Assembly: GCF_046119375.1 (NCBI RefSeq)
Contig: NW_027362763.1
Coordinates: forward strand, 189,038,001 to 189,102,000
Length of the DNA: 64,000 bases
Direction of reading: 5' to 3'
Source of the DNA: Phyllobates terribilis
Taxonomy: Eukaryota
Position 1 is the stretch's first letter. Every line of letters begins with the position of its first letter. Shown piece by piece: positions 34,662 to 51,181 of the stretch. The notes under the pieces are model-generated. The model did no database searches, had not been told where the DNA came from, and saw only the letters and a program-made list of their open reading frames with translations. Both the position numbers and the translations under genes were made by a program.

Positions 34662-37018
34662 AGGGAGAGCAGAGCGCGAGGCAGAGGGGGGCTGGAGCGC
34701 AAGGAAGAGGGGGGGTGGAGCGCAAGGAAGAGGGGGGGGTTGTGGAGCGCGAGGAAGAGGGGGGGTGGAGCGCAAGGAAGAGGGGGGTGGAGCGCAAGGA
34801 AGAGGGGGGGTGGAGCGCAAGGAAGAGGGGGGGTGGAGCGCAAGGAAGAGGGGGGGTGGTGGAGCGCGAGGCAGGAGGGGGGGTGGTGGAGCGCGAGGCA
34901 GGAGGGGGGGTGGAGCGCGAGGCAGGAGGGGGGCTGGAGCGCAAGGAAGAGGGGGGGTGGAGCGCGAGGAAGAGGGGGGGGTTGTGGAGCGCGAGGAAGA
35001 GGGGGGTGGAGCGCAAGGAAGAGGGGGGGTGGAGCGCAAGGAAGAGGGGGGGTGGAGCGCAAGGAAGAGGGGGGGTGGAGCGCAAGGAAGAGGGGGGGGT
35101 TGTGGAGCGCAAGGAAGAGGGGGGGTGGAGCGCAAGGAAGAGGGGGGGTGGAGCGCAAGGAAGAGGGGGGGTGGAGCGCAAGGAAGAGGGGGGGTGGAGC
35201 GCAAGGAAGAGGGGGGGTGGAGCGCAAGGAAGAGGGGGGGTGGAGCGCAAGGAAGAGGGGGGGTGGAGCGCAAGGAAGAGGGGGGGTGGAGCGCAAGGAA
35301 GAGGGGGGGTGGAGCGCAAGGAAGAGGGGGGGTGGTGGAGCGCGAGGCAGGAGGGGGGGTGGTGGAGCGCGAGGCAGGAGGGGGGGTGGAGCGCGAGGCA
35401 GGAGGGGGGGTGGAGCGCAAGGAAGAGGGGGGGTGGAGCGCGAGGCAGGAGGCGGGGTGGTGGAGCGCGAGGCAGGAGGCGGGGTGGTGGAGCGCGAGGC
35501 AGGAGGCGGGGTGGTGGAGCGCGAGGCAGGAGGCGGGGTGGTGGAGCGCGAGGCAGGAGGCGGGGTGGTGGAGCGCGAGGCAGGAGGCGGGGTGGTGGAG
35601 CGCGAGGCAGGAGGCGGGGTGGTGGAGCGCGAGGCAGGAGGCGGGGTGGTGGAGCGCGAGGCAGGAGGGGGGGTGGTGGAGCGCGAGGCAGGAGGGGGGG
35701 TGGTGGAGCGCGAGGCAGGAGGGGGGGTGGTGGAGCGCGAGGCAGGAGGGGGGGTGGTGGAGCGCGAGGCAGGAGGGGGGGTGGTGGAGCGCGAGGCAGG
35801 AGGGGGGGTGGTGGAGCGCGAGGCAGGAGGGGGGGTGGTGGAGCGCGAGGCAGGAGGGGGGGTGGTGGAGCGCGAGGCAGGAGGGGGGGTGGTGGAGCGC
35901 GAGGCAGGAGGGGGGGTGGTGGAGCGCGAGGCAGGAGGGGGGGTGGTGGAGCGCGAGGCAGGAGGGGGGGTGGTGGAGCGCGAGGCAGGAGGGGGGGTGG
36001 TGGAGCGCGAGGCAGGAGGGGGGGTGGTGGAGCGCGAGGCAGGAGGGGGGGTGGTGGAGCGCGAGGCAGGAGGCGGGGTGGTGGAGCACGAGGCAGGAGG
36101 CGGGGTGGTGGAGCGCGAGGCAGGAGGCGGGGTGGTGGAGCGCGAGGCAGGAGGCGGGGTGGTGGAGCGCGAGGCAGGAGGCGGGGTGGTGGAGCGCGAG
36201 GCAGGAGGGGGGTGGTGGAGCGCGAGGCAGGAGGGGGGGTGGTGGAGCGCGAGGCAGGAGGGGGGGTGGTGGAGCGCGAGGCAGGAGGGGGGGTGGTGGA
36301 GCGCGAGGCAGGAGGGGGGGTGGTGGAGCGCGAGGCAGGAGGGGGGGTGGTGGAGCGCGAGGCAGGAGGGGGGGTGGTGGAGCGCGAGGCAGGAGGGGGG
36401 GTGGTGGAGCGCGAGGCAGGAGGGGGGGTGGTGGAGCGCGAGGCAGGAGGGGGGGTGGTGGAGCGCGAGGCAGGAGGGGGGGTGGTGGAGCGCGAGGCAG
36501 GAGGGGGGGTGGTGGAGCGCGAGGCAGGAGGGGGGGTGGTGGAGCGCGAGGCAGGAGGGGGGGTGGTGGAGCGCGAGGCAGGAGGGGGGGTGGTGGAGCG
36601 CGAGGCAGGAGGGGGGTGGTGGAGCGCGAGGCAGGAGGGGGGGTGGTGGAGCGCGAGGCAGGAGGGGGGGTGGTGGAGCGCGAGGCAGGAGGGGGGGTGG
36701 TGGAGCGCGAGGCAGGAGGGGGGGTGGTGGAGCGCGAGGCAGGAGGGGGGGTGGTGGAGCGCGAGGCAGGAGGGGGGGTGGTGGAGCGCGAGGCAGGAGG
36801 GGGGGTGGTGGAGCGCGAGGCAGGAGGGGGGGTGGAGCGCGAGGCAGGAGGGGGGGTGGAGCGCAAGGCAGGAGGGGGGGTGGAGCGCGAGGCAGGAGGG
36901 GGGGTGGAGCGCGAGGCAGGAGGGGGGGTGGAGCGCGAGGCAGGAGGGGGGGTGGAGCGCGAGGCAGAGATGGGGGGTGGAGCGCGAGGCAGAGAGGGGG
37001 GGGGGCGCGAGGCAAGAG
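34662..37018. repeat. G-rich minisatellite (23-27-bp units, roughly 90 copies) in UBXN7 intron 9
   Basis: Units GGAGCGCAAGGAAGAGGGGGGGT, GGAGCGCGAGGCAGGAGGCGGGGTGGT and GGAGCGCGAGGCAGGAGGGGGGGTGGT arranged in blocks. Confidence 0.98.
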
Positions 37019-37502
37019 ATAAAAAGATGGGAAAAAGTTAAACTAATTAGCTCTCCTCCTGCACTTAGACAGCCATTTCAGCTATACTCCAGCTGTTATT
37101 ATGTGCCCCAGAAGGCAGTGCTGGTGCCAACACCCCACAGCCCCGGCTCACCTCGCCTACAGCTATTGTGGGGACTCCATATACCAGCGTGCTGCTTCCT
37201 GGGTATGTGTAGCCGCTGGGAACAAAGTGCTTCAGGTCACCACTCTCTCACTCTTGAGCCACTCTATCTTACCAAGGAGTTTAGCAGCCACCTGCTGCCC
37301 CCTGAGGTGCAATGGTAAGACAACAGTGCTCTGGGTTTGAACTAAAGTCAAATTTAAGATACTGACAAAAAAAAAAAAAAAAATCTGAATCGTGGAGCAT
37401 GCAAACTGCGATGTAATTCAATTAATCACGCAGTGTTACCTATGGAAACTACAAAACAGTACTAGATTTCTACAGGCATGTATAATATGTTGCAGTACAA
37501 AC

Positions 37503-37932
37503 CGTTACTTGTATCGGGACAGTCTTCAGAAGATTCATCATTCCCAAAATTGTCTTTTATATCTTGAGATTCTGTGGGAGGTTTTTCAGGTAGTAACTGG
37601 TGGTTGGAAGAATCGTCTTCTCCTGTAACTGGATCTGCTGGACATAGATCGTCTTTCCTGTGATTGACTGTTTTAGTTGTGGCCTTCCTAGATTTACTGC
37701 TGGATGTCCCCTGCTCTGGCACTGACTCAGGCAGCCGCTCCTCCTCCTCATCCTCATGATCTGATCCACAGACTGAGATGAACTCTTCACTGCCAGAATA
37801 CAGCTCCGTGTCAGACTCCTCCTCATAGCGAGTGGCTGGTTTACTGGCTGAAGAGTCAAAATGGGTTTCTTGCAGGGAGGCACGTATTGCTGCTTCTAAC
37901 TGACTGTCCTCACTTGCATCGATGAGGCTCTC
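37503..37932 (-). CDS. UBXN7: UBXN7 exon 9 (UIM + acidic linker)
   Basis: cctccag|ESLIDASEDSQLEAAIRASLQETHFD...CPDTSN G|gtttgt; 430 nt. Confidence 0.95.
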
Positions 37933-38266
37933 CTGGAGGACAGTAAGACCACTAATGCAAATTAGAAGAGTACGATTAAAGAAACAAGGCCCGTAGTACT
38001 CTAAAATACAATGTACATAAAAGGTGTCAAACACTTTGCTTTTTAGAAAAAAAAAACCTCCAGCTAATTGTAGTCTAACTCCTAATCAATAATCGACTCG
38101 GCAAGACGCATCTATATAAAAATATGTAGCATGACTCTCAGCTGTGACCCAGAGAGGGGTCTTAAATGGGCCTACCCTGTATTACACCCACAGATCCGAA
38201 TAGAAGTCTAGCGGAAAAAAAATGTGGTATAAAAGAAAGAAAGAACAGAAGGTGCCTTACACTTAC

Positions 38267-38394
38267 AGAACGCAACCGTTTCTTGGGAGGGCTGCTGGAA
38301 AGTCCGTCAAGCTGACCGTGCTCTGCCAAAAAGCCCATCACTTGTTCCAAAAAGGAATTAACATCTAACTTGTGCCATTCAACCATCTTTTGGC
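38267..38394 (-). CDS. UBXN7: UBXN7 exon 8
   Basis: ccaaag|GC QKMVEWHKLDVNSFLEQVMGFLAEHGQLDGLSSSPPKKRLRS|gtaagt; 128 nt. Confidence 0.96.
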
Positions 38395-38503
38395 CTTTGG
38401 GATAGAGAGAAGAGGGGAAACAAAAAAAAATTCAACAAAGAGTCAGAGACCTTTAAAGGAAGGAATCGAGAAAAAGGGAAAGCTCAAAATAAGTGTCATT
38501 CAC

Positions 38504-38594
38504 CTGTACGAGGGTCCAATATGGAGACATATGGGAAGTCGGATAACTTGTAAAACTGTATATACCTCTGCCCCTCTTCACTGTCATGGTAAAC
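38504..38594 (-). CDS. UBXN7: UBXN7 exon 7
   Basis: ttcacag|VYHDSEEGQRYIQFYKLSDFPYVSILDPRT G|gtgaat; 91 nt. Confidence 0.96.
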
Positions 38595-41056
38595 CTGTGA
38601 AAACACAACATTTGCAGGGATGACTTATTGAGACATTGGATTACTTGAAAAGCCCATAAACAGCTTTCAGAAAAGCCTAAGAAAGGCATAAAACCCCTAT
38701 ATAAAAAAAACATACAACATGGCTACTATTGGTTGCATTTCACACAGTCAACAAGTACTCTGAGATCCATGTATTTATTTAAGACATCAATATGAGATTG
38801 ATGGGGGTCCAACACCTGACACCCTGGTCGGCTGTTTTCTATATTACCTAAATAGCACATATAATAATTCTGCTTTAAGTTCATTCCTGTAGGAAACCCA
38901 CTGTGTAAACTCAAGAATCCAGAAGGTTTCTCAGGTCATACGTTTTCTATACCAGTCACCTCCTCGTATGGGGTTTATAACCTGTTCAACGTCAATTATT
39001 CTGCAACTAGCTAATTTGCCACGGTGAACCTAGGTAAAACGTTTAGAAACACCTGAACTATTACTTGTGCCAGGGTTACCCACATCACGGAGATGTCCTC
39101 CAATACACTTTCTAAATGGTTGGGTCATTCACTCTTTGTACTTAGGGCACTGGTTTCAGTGCACCAAGTATAATACATTTTTAACCCTGCATTTAATCAA
39201 AGGAATTAATTTTGCATTGTTGGTTTGTCTACATGGATGAAAACCTAGTAGTTTTCATTAGATATTTACACAAATTGCATTGGTGAACAGCACATTCATG
39301 GCATCCAGTGGTTGTAAGTCACGATGATTTGCTCCTCATAAGGAGGGTGGCAGCGTGGAGTCCGTAACAGAATTTGTCAGATACACAAATGATTATAATC
39401 TTGTTTTTTTCAGTCTCAAGAGGAAATTACTATCCCTTTTAGACATCTTACTAAATGGAAATGCAGAGCATGGGAAAGTGAATTGCTGCATACACAGAAA
39501 ATCAATATCCGCAATTCATTATTACACATCCTTAGTGATCATCAAAATCGTGATCAGAACTAGACAGTTAGAACAGAGAGCTGCTGTGAAAGCTGTGGGC
39601 TAGTGATTTTGCAAAACTTATAACAGCATCCCTCCAGAAGACAAGCGTGATGGGAGGGAGGTGAGCAGCTAACTACCATATAGATATCAATGGGTTGGAG
39701 AGAGATGGCTGAGATGTTAGGAGTTAACTCCTCTCCTGGAATGTAACTGCTTGTGCACTCAATCAGGGTCTGGTGACCCAGATCCATGAAAACCAGTTTT
39801 ACACCATAAAAGATAAAAGTTCTCACTGCAGGAAAATGACAGCAGATAGAAAAAAAACAAATCAATAGCAAACTTGTTAATTTTCATGCTGTCTAAAAGC
39901 AATTTAGGAACTTCAGAATACCCCTTTAAAATGGGCTGCAATTTTATGGTCAAATGTACTCAAGCAATTGGTAATATATTTTATTCAAGCACATTCTCAA
40001 GTGAAAGAAGCAAAGTTAATTGTGGTATTCGTGTAGTATTGGGCTTCTATAAATCTACACTTAGCTCCAGAGCGAACAAGTGAGGTCTAACTAATGCAGA
40101 TCTGTGAAAGCTCTTTTGGGTGATGAAATAGTGATTTTTCTCACGATGCAATATTTTATGTCATGACGGAGAGTCTTTAAAATCATAAGTTCGAAAAACG
40201 TAGGAAAATATGGCTAAATTATTTTGAACTTGAGATTTTTGATACTTTACTCTGCAATGTTAAAATCAACTGTAGTAAAGAATTGCAAAGGGTTTTTCTT
40301 TTCTAAACAGCAGATGAGTGCTGAATCTTCATTTGTTATCCCTTGGATCTAGTATGAGGCATTCACTAGCCAGCTGGGGTATGTTCCTTTGCACTGTCCA
40401 CATATTATGCTTCATGAACGGCTTCCATGATATCTGCTTATAAAAAGGTGGACAAAGAAAAAAAAACTAACAGGAAACTTTTTCATGGCTCCTGCAGAAA
40501 TTCTAAGGAAGTCCGAGAGAAGACAGCTAATGGGTGCAACTAGATTTGGTACAAATTCACATACGTGTTATAGGCAAGATGCTTTTTATGAACAGGTCAA
40601 TGCCCCATTGGAACAATATCATATATCGCATATCAGCTGACTTGATTTTTAGAAGTAAATTATGTATTGGGAGGATGCCACAGCATCACTGCAGTCAAAG
40701 ATTAAAACCTGATGGTACTTAACATTTTCGTCAAACTAATGTCGCAGTTTTATAGTACATAAGCGAAACAATTTCTGCTTCAAAAATCTACATATATCTG
40801 CATATTTCCACATTGCCTCCATCTAAGATACAAAGTTCTCCACAGTGGATGTGCACAGATATACAGAGAGGGTTAAATTTACTTATAATTTTCTTTTCTT
40901 TTTTTGCCACTGTTTTTCTGGATATACCATGAATACATTTTAAGTAAATGCTAAGAGATATAGGCTACAGGAACCATTTTTTAATAAAATACTAAATCAC
41001 TGTTGATTTTTTTTATGCCTGTAAATCTTTGTTACTGTCTATTAAAGGGAACCTAC

Positions 41057-41203
41057 CTGCCAAAATATAAAATGTTCCTTTATTAATGACTTCACAGAAT
41101 CATTGCTCCATATGTCTCGGTTTAAGCACTGACAAGCAAAATCCTGCACATTCTGGATATTGATCATCAGCCACTTGTTCTTCAGCTGCCCACACTCCTT
41201 CGC
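41057..41203 (-). CDS. UBXN7: UBXN7 exon 6 (UAS domain)
   Basis: tttgcag|AKECGQLKNKWLMINIQNVQDFACQCLNRDIWSNDSVKSLIKEHFIFWQ|gtaggt; 147 nt. Confidence 0.96.
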
Positions 41204-42119
41204 CTGCAAAAAAAAAAAAAAAAAAAATTATTCTAACCTGACTCCAGATTGATGCACTCGGCAGAAATACAGTGATAGGAACTCCAATGTCATGCCAATT
41301 CACTATGCTTGGCCTACGACTCACTCAATATTTAATGGGAAAGTTTAATTTGGCAGTTTGATATTCAGGAATAGGTGGATTTTGTAGGCAGACGGTTTTG
41401 GGAGGCATAGCAAAAAAAATATTTTTTTAAACACAATATATTTTGGGGGTGTATTAAAAAATATATATCACATTTCTTATCTCTGAACAGTGAGAGTTGG
41501 GATCTGAATCCTGAACGCCAAAACAGCTGTCCGAGAGTGGGGCATAGATAACATAGAAACAGGCAATCAATGTAAAATCACAGAAATCCACTTTAATAAT
41601 TGTATACATTGGGCCTCCTGTTGCCCAACTACGCAGGTAGGCCTAATATACTACTACATCCTGCTCTTCACATGGACATACACAGCAATAGACTGACTCA
41701 AACCACATTTGTTTGTATAGTTGTGTTTTCTGGGAATGCTATAACCTGGGCAAAGATCACCGTGGAGGGAGTAGAAAGTAAGGCTATGTTCATATGTCCA
41801 GTAATGATCCGTTACAACGGAGCCAGCAGAATTCACTTGACAACAAAACTGTGCGGACAACTTTTAGTTCATTTTTCAAAAAAGGATCTCTGCTGGATCC
41901 ACTTTTTTAACATTGAAGTCTATGGACAACTGATCCATTCATTAGCCATCCATTGTTCTCCCATTTTTTGCAGATATGATTTTTGCTTGGTGAATCCGAT
42001 TTTGGACTTCTGATCACATTATACTGCATGAGATAAGTCACCGGCCAACGTGTCAGTCGGCAGCTTTCTCATAGAAAACAGACGCACTCGGCCGAACCAG
42101 AGCTCTTGTGTATGAGAGT

Positions 42120-42443
42120 CAGGGCTGTGGAGTCGGAGAGTCGGAGCCCATTTTGGTGGAGTTGGAGTCAGTATAAAATGGACCAACTTCGACTCCTAAA
42201 ATATATAATAAATTGGGTACAGTAGTTCAATGCAGTTTGTGGGGAATATTTTTTCATAAGAATTTGGGAAAGTTATGAAATGTCCTATTCCTGATCTAAG
42301 GGTCTAGACTTTTAGCTGAGATGACTGTGTTACAGTAAATTTATCACTTAAATATGAGCCATGTATGAGGGAGTCGGAGTCGTGGAGTCGGTGTCATGGA
42401 AATTGAGGAGTCGGAGGTTTGGCTTACCGACTCCACAGCCCAG
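42120..42443. mobile_element. Short hAT deletion derivative (GGAGTC-repeat family)
   Basis: CAGGGCTGTGGAGTCGG...CCGACTCCACAGCCCAG; degenerate 8-bp TSD ATGAGAGT/ATAAGAAT; both ends match the larger element at 43508-45473. Confidence 0.8.
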
Positions 42444-42671
42444 ATAAGAATGATGGCCGAGATGACTATCGGCCAAGCAATCGCTCAAAGCATCGTTCAG
42501 CTGACAGTCATCTAATATGTATGGCCAGTCTATGGGTCCTGCAAGATTCCTGGGATAATATATATGAGTTTGGACAATTCAAAAAATCTAGCAAACACAT
42601 ATACTATATTTTTCGCACTTTAAGATGCACTTTTTAACAAGAAAAATTCTTGCTAAAAAGCGTGCGTCTTG

Positions 42672-43017
42672 GGGTATGTGCACTCGGTCAGTAAACATGC
42701 AAACCACAGCGTTCCACATTACAAGCAAAGTGGATGGGATTTCAAGAAATCCCATGCCCACTATGCGTTTGTGCACCTGCGGATCACTCGCGGAAACTGA
42801 CATGAGGCGTGTCTTTCCAGACCGCAGCATGTCAATTTCCATTGCGGAGTCGCTAGTCTCCGCAAGAGAAATTAGACCAGTGCAATGTATTGTTGATTGT
42901 GGTGGATCCGCATGGTTCAATGAACACCTACGGATTCACTTGCGTGCAGCGGTTTGGACGCAGCATAAAGTATACTGCGTTCAAAGCGATGACAGTACTG
43001 ATTGTGTGCACATACAC
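42672..43017. mobile_element. PIF/Harbinger-type MITE
   Basis: GGGTATGTGCAC...GTGCACATACAC, flanked by TTG/TTA. Confidence 0.7.
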
Positions 43018-43064
43018 TTAAAGTCCAGAGGCAGCTTCCTGCGATGGAGGAAAATGCAGACACC

Positions 43065-45175
43065 GCATTTGGGACTCCAGTGAAACTCAATGAGACCCAT
43101 TATCCACAAATGGCAAAAACATGGACCAGCGGTGAACCTTCCCAGGAGTGGCCGGCTGACCAAAATTACCCCAGGAGTGCAGTGAAAACTCATCCAAGAG
43201 GTCACAAAAGACCCAACAACAACATCCAAAGAACTGCAGGCCTCACTTAAGGTCAGTGTTCATGGCTCCACAACAAGAAAGAGACTGGGCAAAAATGGCA
43301 GCGTTCCAAGATGAAAACCACTGCTGAGCAAAGAGAACATAAAGGCTCGTCTCAGTTTTGCCAGAAAACATCTTGATCTCGCCAAGACTTTTGAGAGTAT
43401 ACTCTGTGGACTGACGAGACAAAAGTTGAACCTTTTGGAAGGTGTATGTCCCATTAGATCTGGCGTAGAAGTAACACAGCACTTCAGAAAAGGAACATCA
43501 TACTAACCAGGGCTTTGGAGTCGGAGTCGTGGAGTCGGTGCTCATTTTGGTGGAGTCGGAGTCGGTATAAAATGGACCGACTCCAACTCCTAAAATATAT
43601 AATACATTGGGTGCAGTAGATCAATGCAGTTTGTGGGGAATATTTTTAAAAAGACTCTCAAAATACGCTTCATGTTTTTTAAAATGGATGCCTGCACACG
43701 TCACAGAGTGAACTATTTTGCCATCAATGTTCGATATGTTTGTGACAACAAAGAAATTGTTACCAAGACACTGGCAGTAAAAGATACTAAAGCTCAACAC
43801 ACAAGCCAGTTTCTCCAGGCCTTAGTGGAAAAAGTTCTGCAAGATTATGAACTCAAAAAAGAACAGGTTCTTGCTATTGTAACGGACAATGCTTCAAACA
43901 TGATAAGTACAATTAAACTGATGAGAGTAATGAACAACAAGCTAGAAGAAAATTTAGGATTCAGTATGTTTGAGATGGAAGGCCACAGTGCTGTTCATGT
44001 AACTGAGGAGCAAACAGATATTACAACAGAAGAACAGCAAAATTATACTTTAGAAATAGAAGATCTTGTTGAAGCTGCTTCAAAACACTTTCCTGTGTTG
44101 TGCACACGCTGCAGCTGGCAATAAGAGATAGTCTGCAAGAGGGACATGCTGGAAATCTGATTGGAAAAGTGAGGAAATTGGTTATTGCCGCCAGAACCCC
44201 TAAAATTGATTCCATCTTGAAGAGAGGTGCTGGGAAAGGGGCAATTGTCAATCAAGCCACTCGGTGGGGCAGCACTTATTTAATGATTGAGCGATTGCTT
44301 GAACTAAAACCGTTTCTTATAGATATGGCGAACCATCAGGTAACCCTAAATGAAGGTCAATGGACACAGGTGGTTGAATTGAAGGAATTGCTTAATCACC
44401 CATTTACCGTGACTAAAAAATTACAAGCTGAGGATTTAACTCCTGGCATTTTCATAAGGGAGTGGAAGAACTTGCTATTTTGCCTGTCCCAAAGAGGAGG
44501 CTTAATCGCAGATGCCATTTCTGCTTCAATGAAAAGGAGAGAGACACAGCTATTGGAAAATAAAAATTTTCAGGCAGCTGTTTATGTGGACCAAAGTCAT
44601 TGTATACTGCTTGATGATCAACAGCTTACTAAAGGAAAAGAAGCTCTGACTGAGGTAGCAGTTAGGATGAGTGGCCTACAGGAGGACTGCCAGGCGCTAG
44701 AGGACTTGGGTCCTGACAGTGCTACTGCTGCCATATCGTCATCCTCATCAGATGAGGAGTTTGACTTTGACAAGTATTCGGATAACATGGAGCAGGCAAA
44801 GCCGTTGCTGCAAGGAAAAAGATTTCACTCCGTCTCCTATAGCAAGCAGATTGACCATATTTCAGCAAAATGTTTCACTTGCTCTCAAAGAAATAGAAAA
44901 ATTCAACCGTTCATCAAAACTGACTGTGCACGAGGCAATTCTTTTATACCCGGAAATTGTTAGAGATGTTGCCCATGTGGTTACGGCTTTGCCTCCAACC
45001 CAAGTTAGTGTAGAAAGGTTGTTCTCTAGCCTTAAAATAATTAGGTCAGATTTGAGGTAGTCTATGAAGGAGGACCTGAAGGAGGCGATACTATTTCTTA
45101 GAACAAATTCATAGACTGCACAAATGTTATTTAGTATGTTTTTGTTGAAAACTGTTTTTTGCCACTTACATAGTG

Positions 45176-45216
<41 letters not shown>

Positions 45217-46110
45217 GATATTACTTAGTGTATTAAATATTTACAATTTATTACAGTTTGTGTTCTAAAGTTGTATTCCAATAAATATATATTCTATCTA
45301 AATATCTTGATTATTGTATCATAAAAATGATTAAATGTCTAATGTTCACATTGTACTACAATAAATTTTTCACTTAAATATAAGCAATATATGTGGGAGT
45401 CAGAGTCGTAGTCAGTGTAAGGGAAATTGAGGAGTCGGAGTCGCAGGTTTGGCTTACCCACTCCACAGCCCTGATACTAACAGTAAAACATGGTGGTGGT
45501 AGTGTGATGGTCTGGGGCTCTTTTGCTGCTTCAGGACATGGAAGATATGCTGCGGTAAATGGAACCATGAATTCTGCTGTCTACCAAAAGATCCTGAAGG
45601 AGAATGTCCGGTCATCTGTTTGTGCCCTCAAGCTGAAGCGCACTTGGGTTATGCAGCAGGACAATGATCCAAAACACACCAGCAAGTTTCTGAATGGCTT
45701 AAGAAAAACAAAATTAAGTCTTTGGATTGGCCTAGGCAAAGTCCTGGCCTTAATCCGATTGAGATGCTATGGCACCACGTTAAAAAGGCGGCTCATGCTC
45801 GGAAACCCTCCAATGTGGCTGAATTACAACAATTTTGCAAAGATGAGTGGCCAAAATTCCTCCAGAGCGTTGTAAAAGACTCCTGGCCAGTTATCACAAA
45901 CGCTTGATTGCAGTTGTTGTTGCTAAGGGTGGTCCAATCAGTTATTAGGTTTAGGGGGCAATCACTGTTTCACAAAGAGCCCTGTAGGTTTGGATTTCTT
46001 TTCCCTTTAATAATAAAGACCTTCATTTAAAAACTGCATTTTGTGTTTACTTGTGTTATCTTTGTCTAATATTTAAATTGTGTTATGATCTGAAACATTT
46101 AAAATGTGAC
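43065..46110 (+). mobile_element. Degenerate Tc1 (copy D), end-truncated and split by a hAT element
   Basis: Transposase fragments LWTDETK (~43410), TVKHGGG and MQQDNDPKH (45393-45875), SPGLNPIE; same family as 48083-50912. Confidence 0.85.
43508..45473 (+). mobile_element. hAT (Ac/ZBED-like) element with a 5'-deleted, frameshifted transposase
   Basis: Perfect 8-bp TSD ATACTAAC (43500-43507, 45474-45481). Motifs VTDNASNM, HTLQLAI, TRWGS and PPTQVSVERLFS (hATC); no BED finger seen. Confidence 0.92.
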
Positions 46111-47211
46111 TTATGCAATGGCTAAGCAAGGTCCCTTATAATCATAATTGGCCAGAGGTAGGGGATCTTATTATTGTCAGCTATAATAAAAAGCGAGGCA
46201 GTAGTTGCTGCAGTGAACTTCATTATGAGACAGCGCTGCAAATGATTATACATTGGAGCCAGCTCATTGTATAATACACACTGCATAGACAGCAAGAATA
46301 GATTTATAAACTCCCTACACTACCCCAGATCATTAAAATTACTGATAATGACCCCTCCACTTTACACTGCTAGGGAAGTTTTAACAGCAAAAATGTTTTT
46401 CCCATTTTCGGCTGTCTAAACCTGGGGTGCGTCTTATAGTATGAAAAATACAGTACTTTATGGGGAATTACTTGTTCGTTGATTTGGCCCAATATTTGTT
46501 TTATAACTTAAAAAAAAATGTGCGGGTGCCTCACTAAGCTAGAATCTACAACAGCCAAGTAGGAAGGTGCACACAATTCGAGATGAGATGCCCAACTCAC
46601 ATTTTGTGCTTACAGGATGCAGAACATTGTGTTCTCCCGCACTGAAGTTAATGGGTCTTCTCGGGATTTCTTCCATTTACTACATTACTTCTCCTTTTAA
46701 GGGGTTCTGAAATCAGAAAAATAACATGTGTAATAGCAGAACTGCCTATGCTATTATCATGTTTTTATTCTATTTCAGCACTCCGTAAAAGGTTCCCTAC
46801 AGCCTGGTATCTCCCACCCATTACTCACGACCTGATAACATTACATGGCTCTGGATGACGTACACACCAGGAACAGTTCCTGACAAGTGACCTCCAGAGT
46901 ATGCCATCAAGCATCTATAGGGTCTAACATAAAGGGGAAAAATAACCTTACACAGCACGGCATCTGTTTGTAACTGTATGAAATAGTGTTGTCCATTAGT
47001 CTATTCCATACATTTTCCTTTCAGGTATACTTATGTCTACTGGCAGCAAAAATTATACTCATGTTCACCATAGGGCTAATGAAACTATCACCAGCATGAA
47101 CGGTGGGGGCTTTCTGCTTACTTTTTCCCATGAGCTCAGTTAGGTGTTAAAAAAATAATTTTATAATATCCATCCCCCCCACTTTAAATGGAGTAGGTCG
47201 CTATCATTTAA

Positions 47212-47933
47212 AAGAGTCTGTCACCCCTAAAACTCAATTTAAACTGCTTATACAGACAGGCAGGGGACTTACTCCTTATAAAACTCATACTTGCAGAATA
47301 GATTTCACTTTTTTAGTTGCACAGAAAAACTATTTTACTCTGTATGCAAATGAAGGAGTGGGCCAGGGCTCAGTGCACTGTTCTGACCCCTCTATCACCA
47401 TGTTGCACACCTCCCCTTAGCTGGATTTGTGATTGATTTGATGTTCGCACTGCCAGTATTGAAGCCCCATCAGTGCACTCTGCAATGACACTGCAGCAGC
47501 CCAGCGGGTGCGCAGTGTCAGTGTGGGCGCTCCCTCATCCCCCTCTCCTGTCTGTATAGGTATCCCCCTAACTCTGTGATCCTGTGCGTATTGAGCAGCT
47601 AATGCAGACAAGAGAGAGAGAAGAGCACCTGCCCGCACTGACACTGTGTGCGCATGGCTGTTCAGGTCCGGCAGTGTCAGTGCAAACGTGCAATGTCTAG
47701 CACTCCAATCAGGCAACGCTTGCTTGGGGCAAGCAAGCTAAAAGAGAGTGTGTGGCACGGTGATCCAAGGGGCACAGTGCACTGAGGAGCTCTTATTTGC
47801 ATATGAAATAAAACAGTTTTTAATAAAAGCTGAAGAAGTGAAATCTATACTGCAGATATGATTTTTAGAGAAGCCACATTCCATATATGACTGTATAAAT
47901 AGTTAATCAAGTTATGGGGGTGACAGATTCCCT
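47212..47933. mobile_element. Kolobok-like MITE
   Basis: TTAA|AAGAGTCTGTCACCCC...GGGGTGACAGATTCCCT|TTAA; inverted internal arms. Confidence 0.8.
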
Positions 47934-48082
47934 TTAACAGTGGACTACGTTGCAGCCTTGGGTCGGAGACTTACATAGGGAGATTCTCCTGATGTAAATC
48001 TCCAACATAGGCTCTGAACGTGATGTGAACAGAGCCTACCACAATATGTGTTAACAAACCAAGATCAAAGATATAATATCTA

Positions 48083-50912
<2,830 letters not shown>

Positions 50913-51181
50913 TATATGCACTGACAAAGTTTCATATAACTTGTGTCTCTTCTTCCAGCTTAGTTTCATTAGGATTGAAAACACCGAATATTATAGGAAA
51001 CGCAGTGGTAGACTAGAGGCTTTTTAACAGATTTTTAGAATAGGCAATGAACCATTCATAGTATTGTAAACTATTCAGCAGTGTATGGAAAAAAATCTGT
51101 AATCTGAAAGGATAAGGATAATACATGACATAACACATGAGAAGTGAACGTGCACACAGACACTTATAACTAAACACTTAC

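Noticed and set aside
34537-37318. Six ORFs of 222-867 aa (RGG-, Pro- or Trp-rich)
   Set aside because: Open on both strands in nearly all frames because the minisatellite lacks stop codons; they lie in a UBXN7 intron and carry no domain signal.
37462-38034. Treating the 190-aa ORF as a standalone gene
   Set aside because: Only 37503-37932 is exon 9 of UBXN7; the flanks are intronic read-through past clear splice sites.
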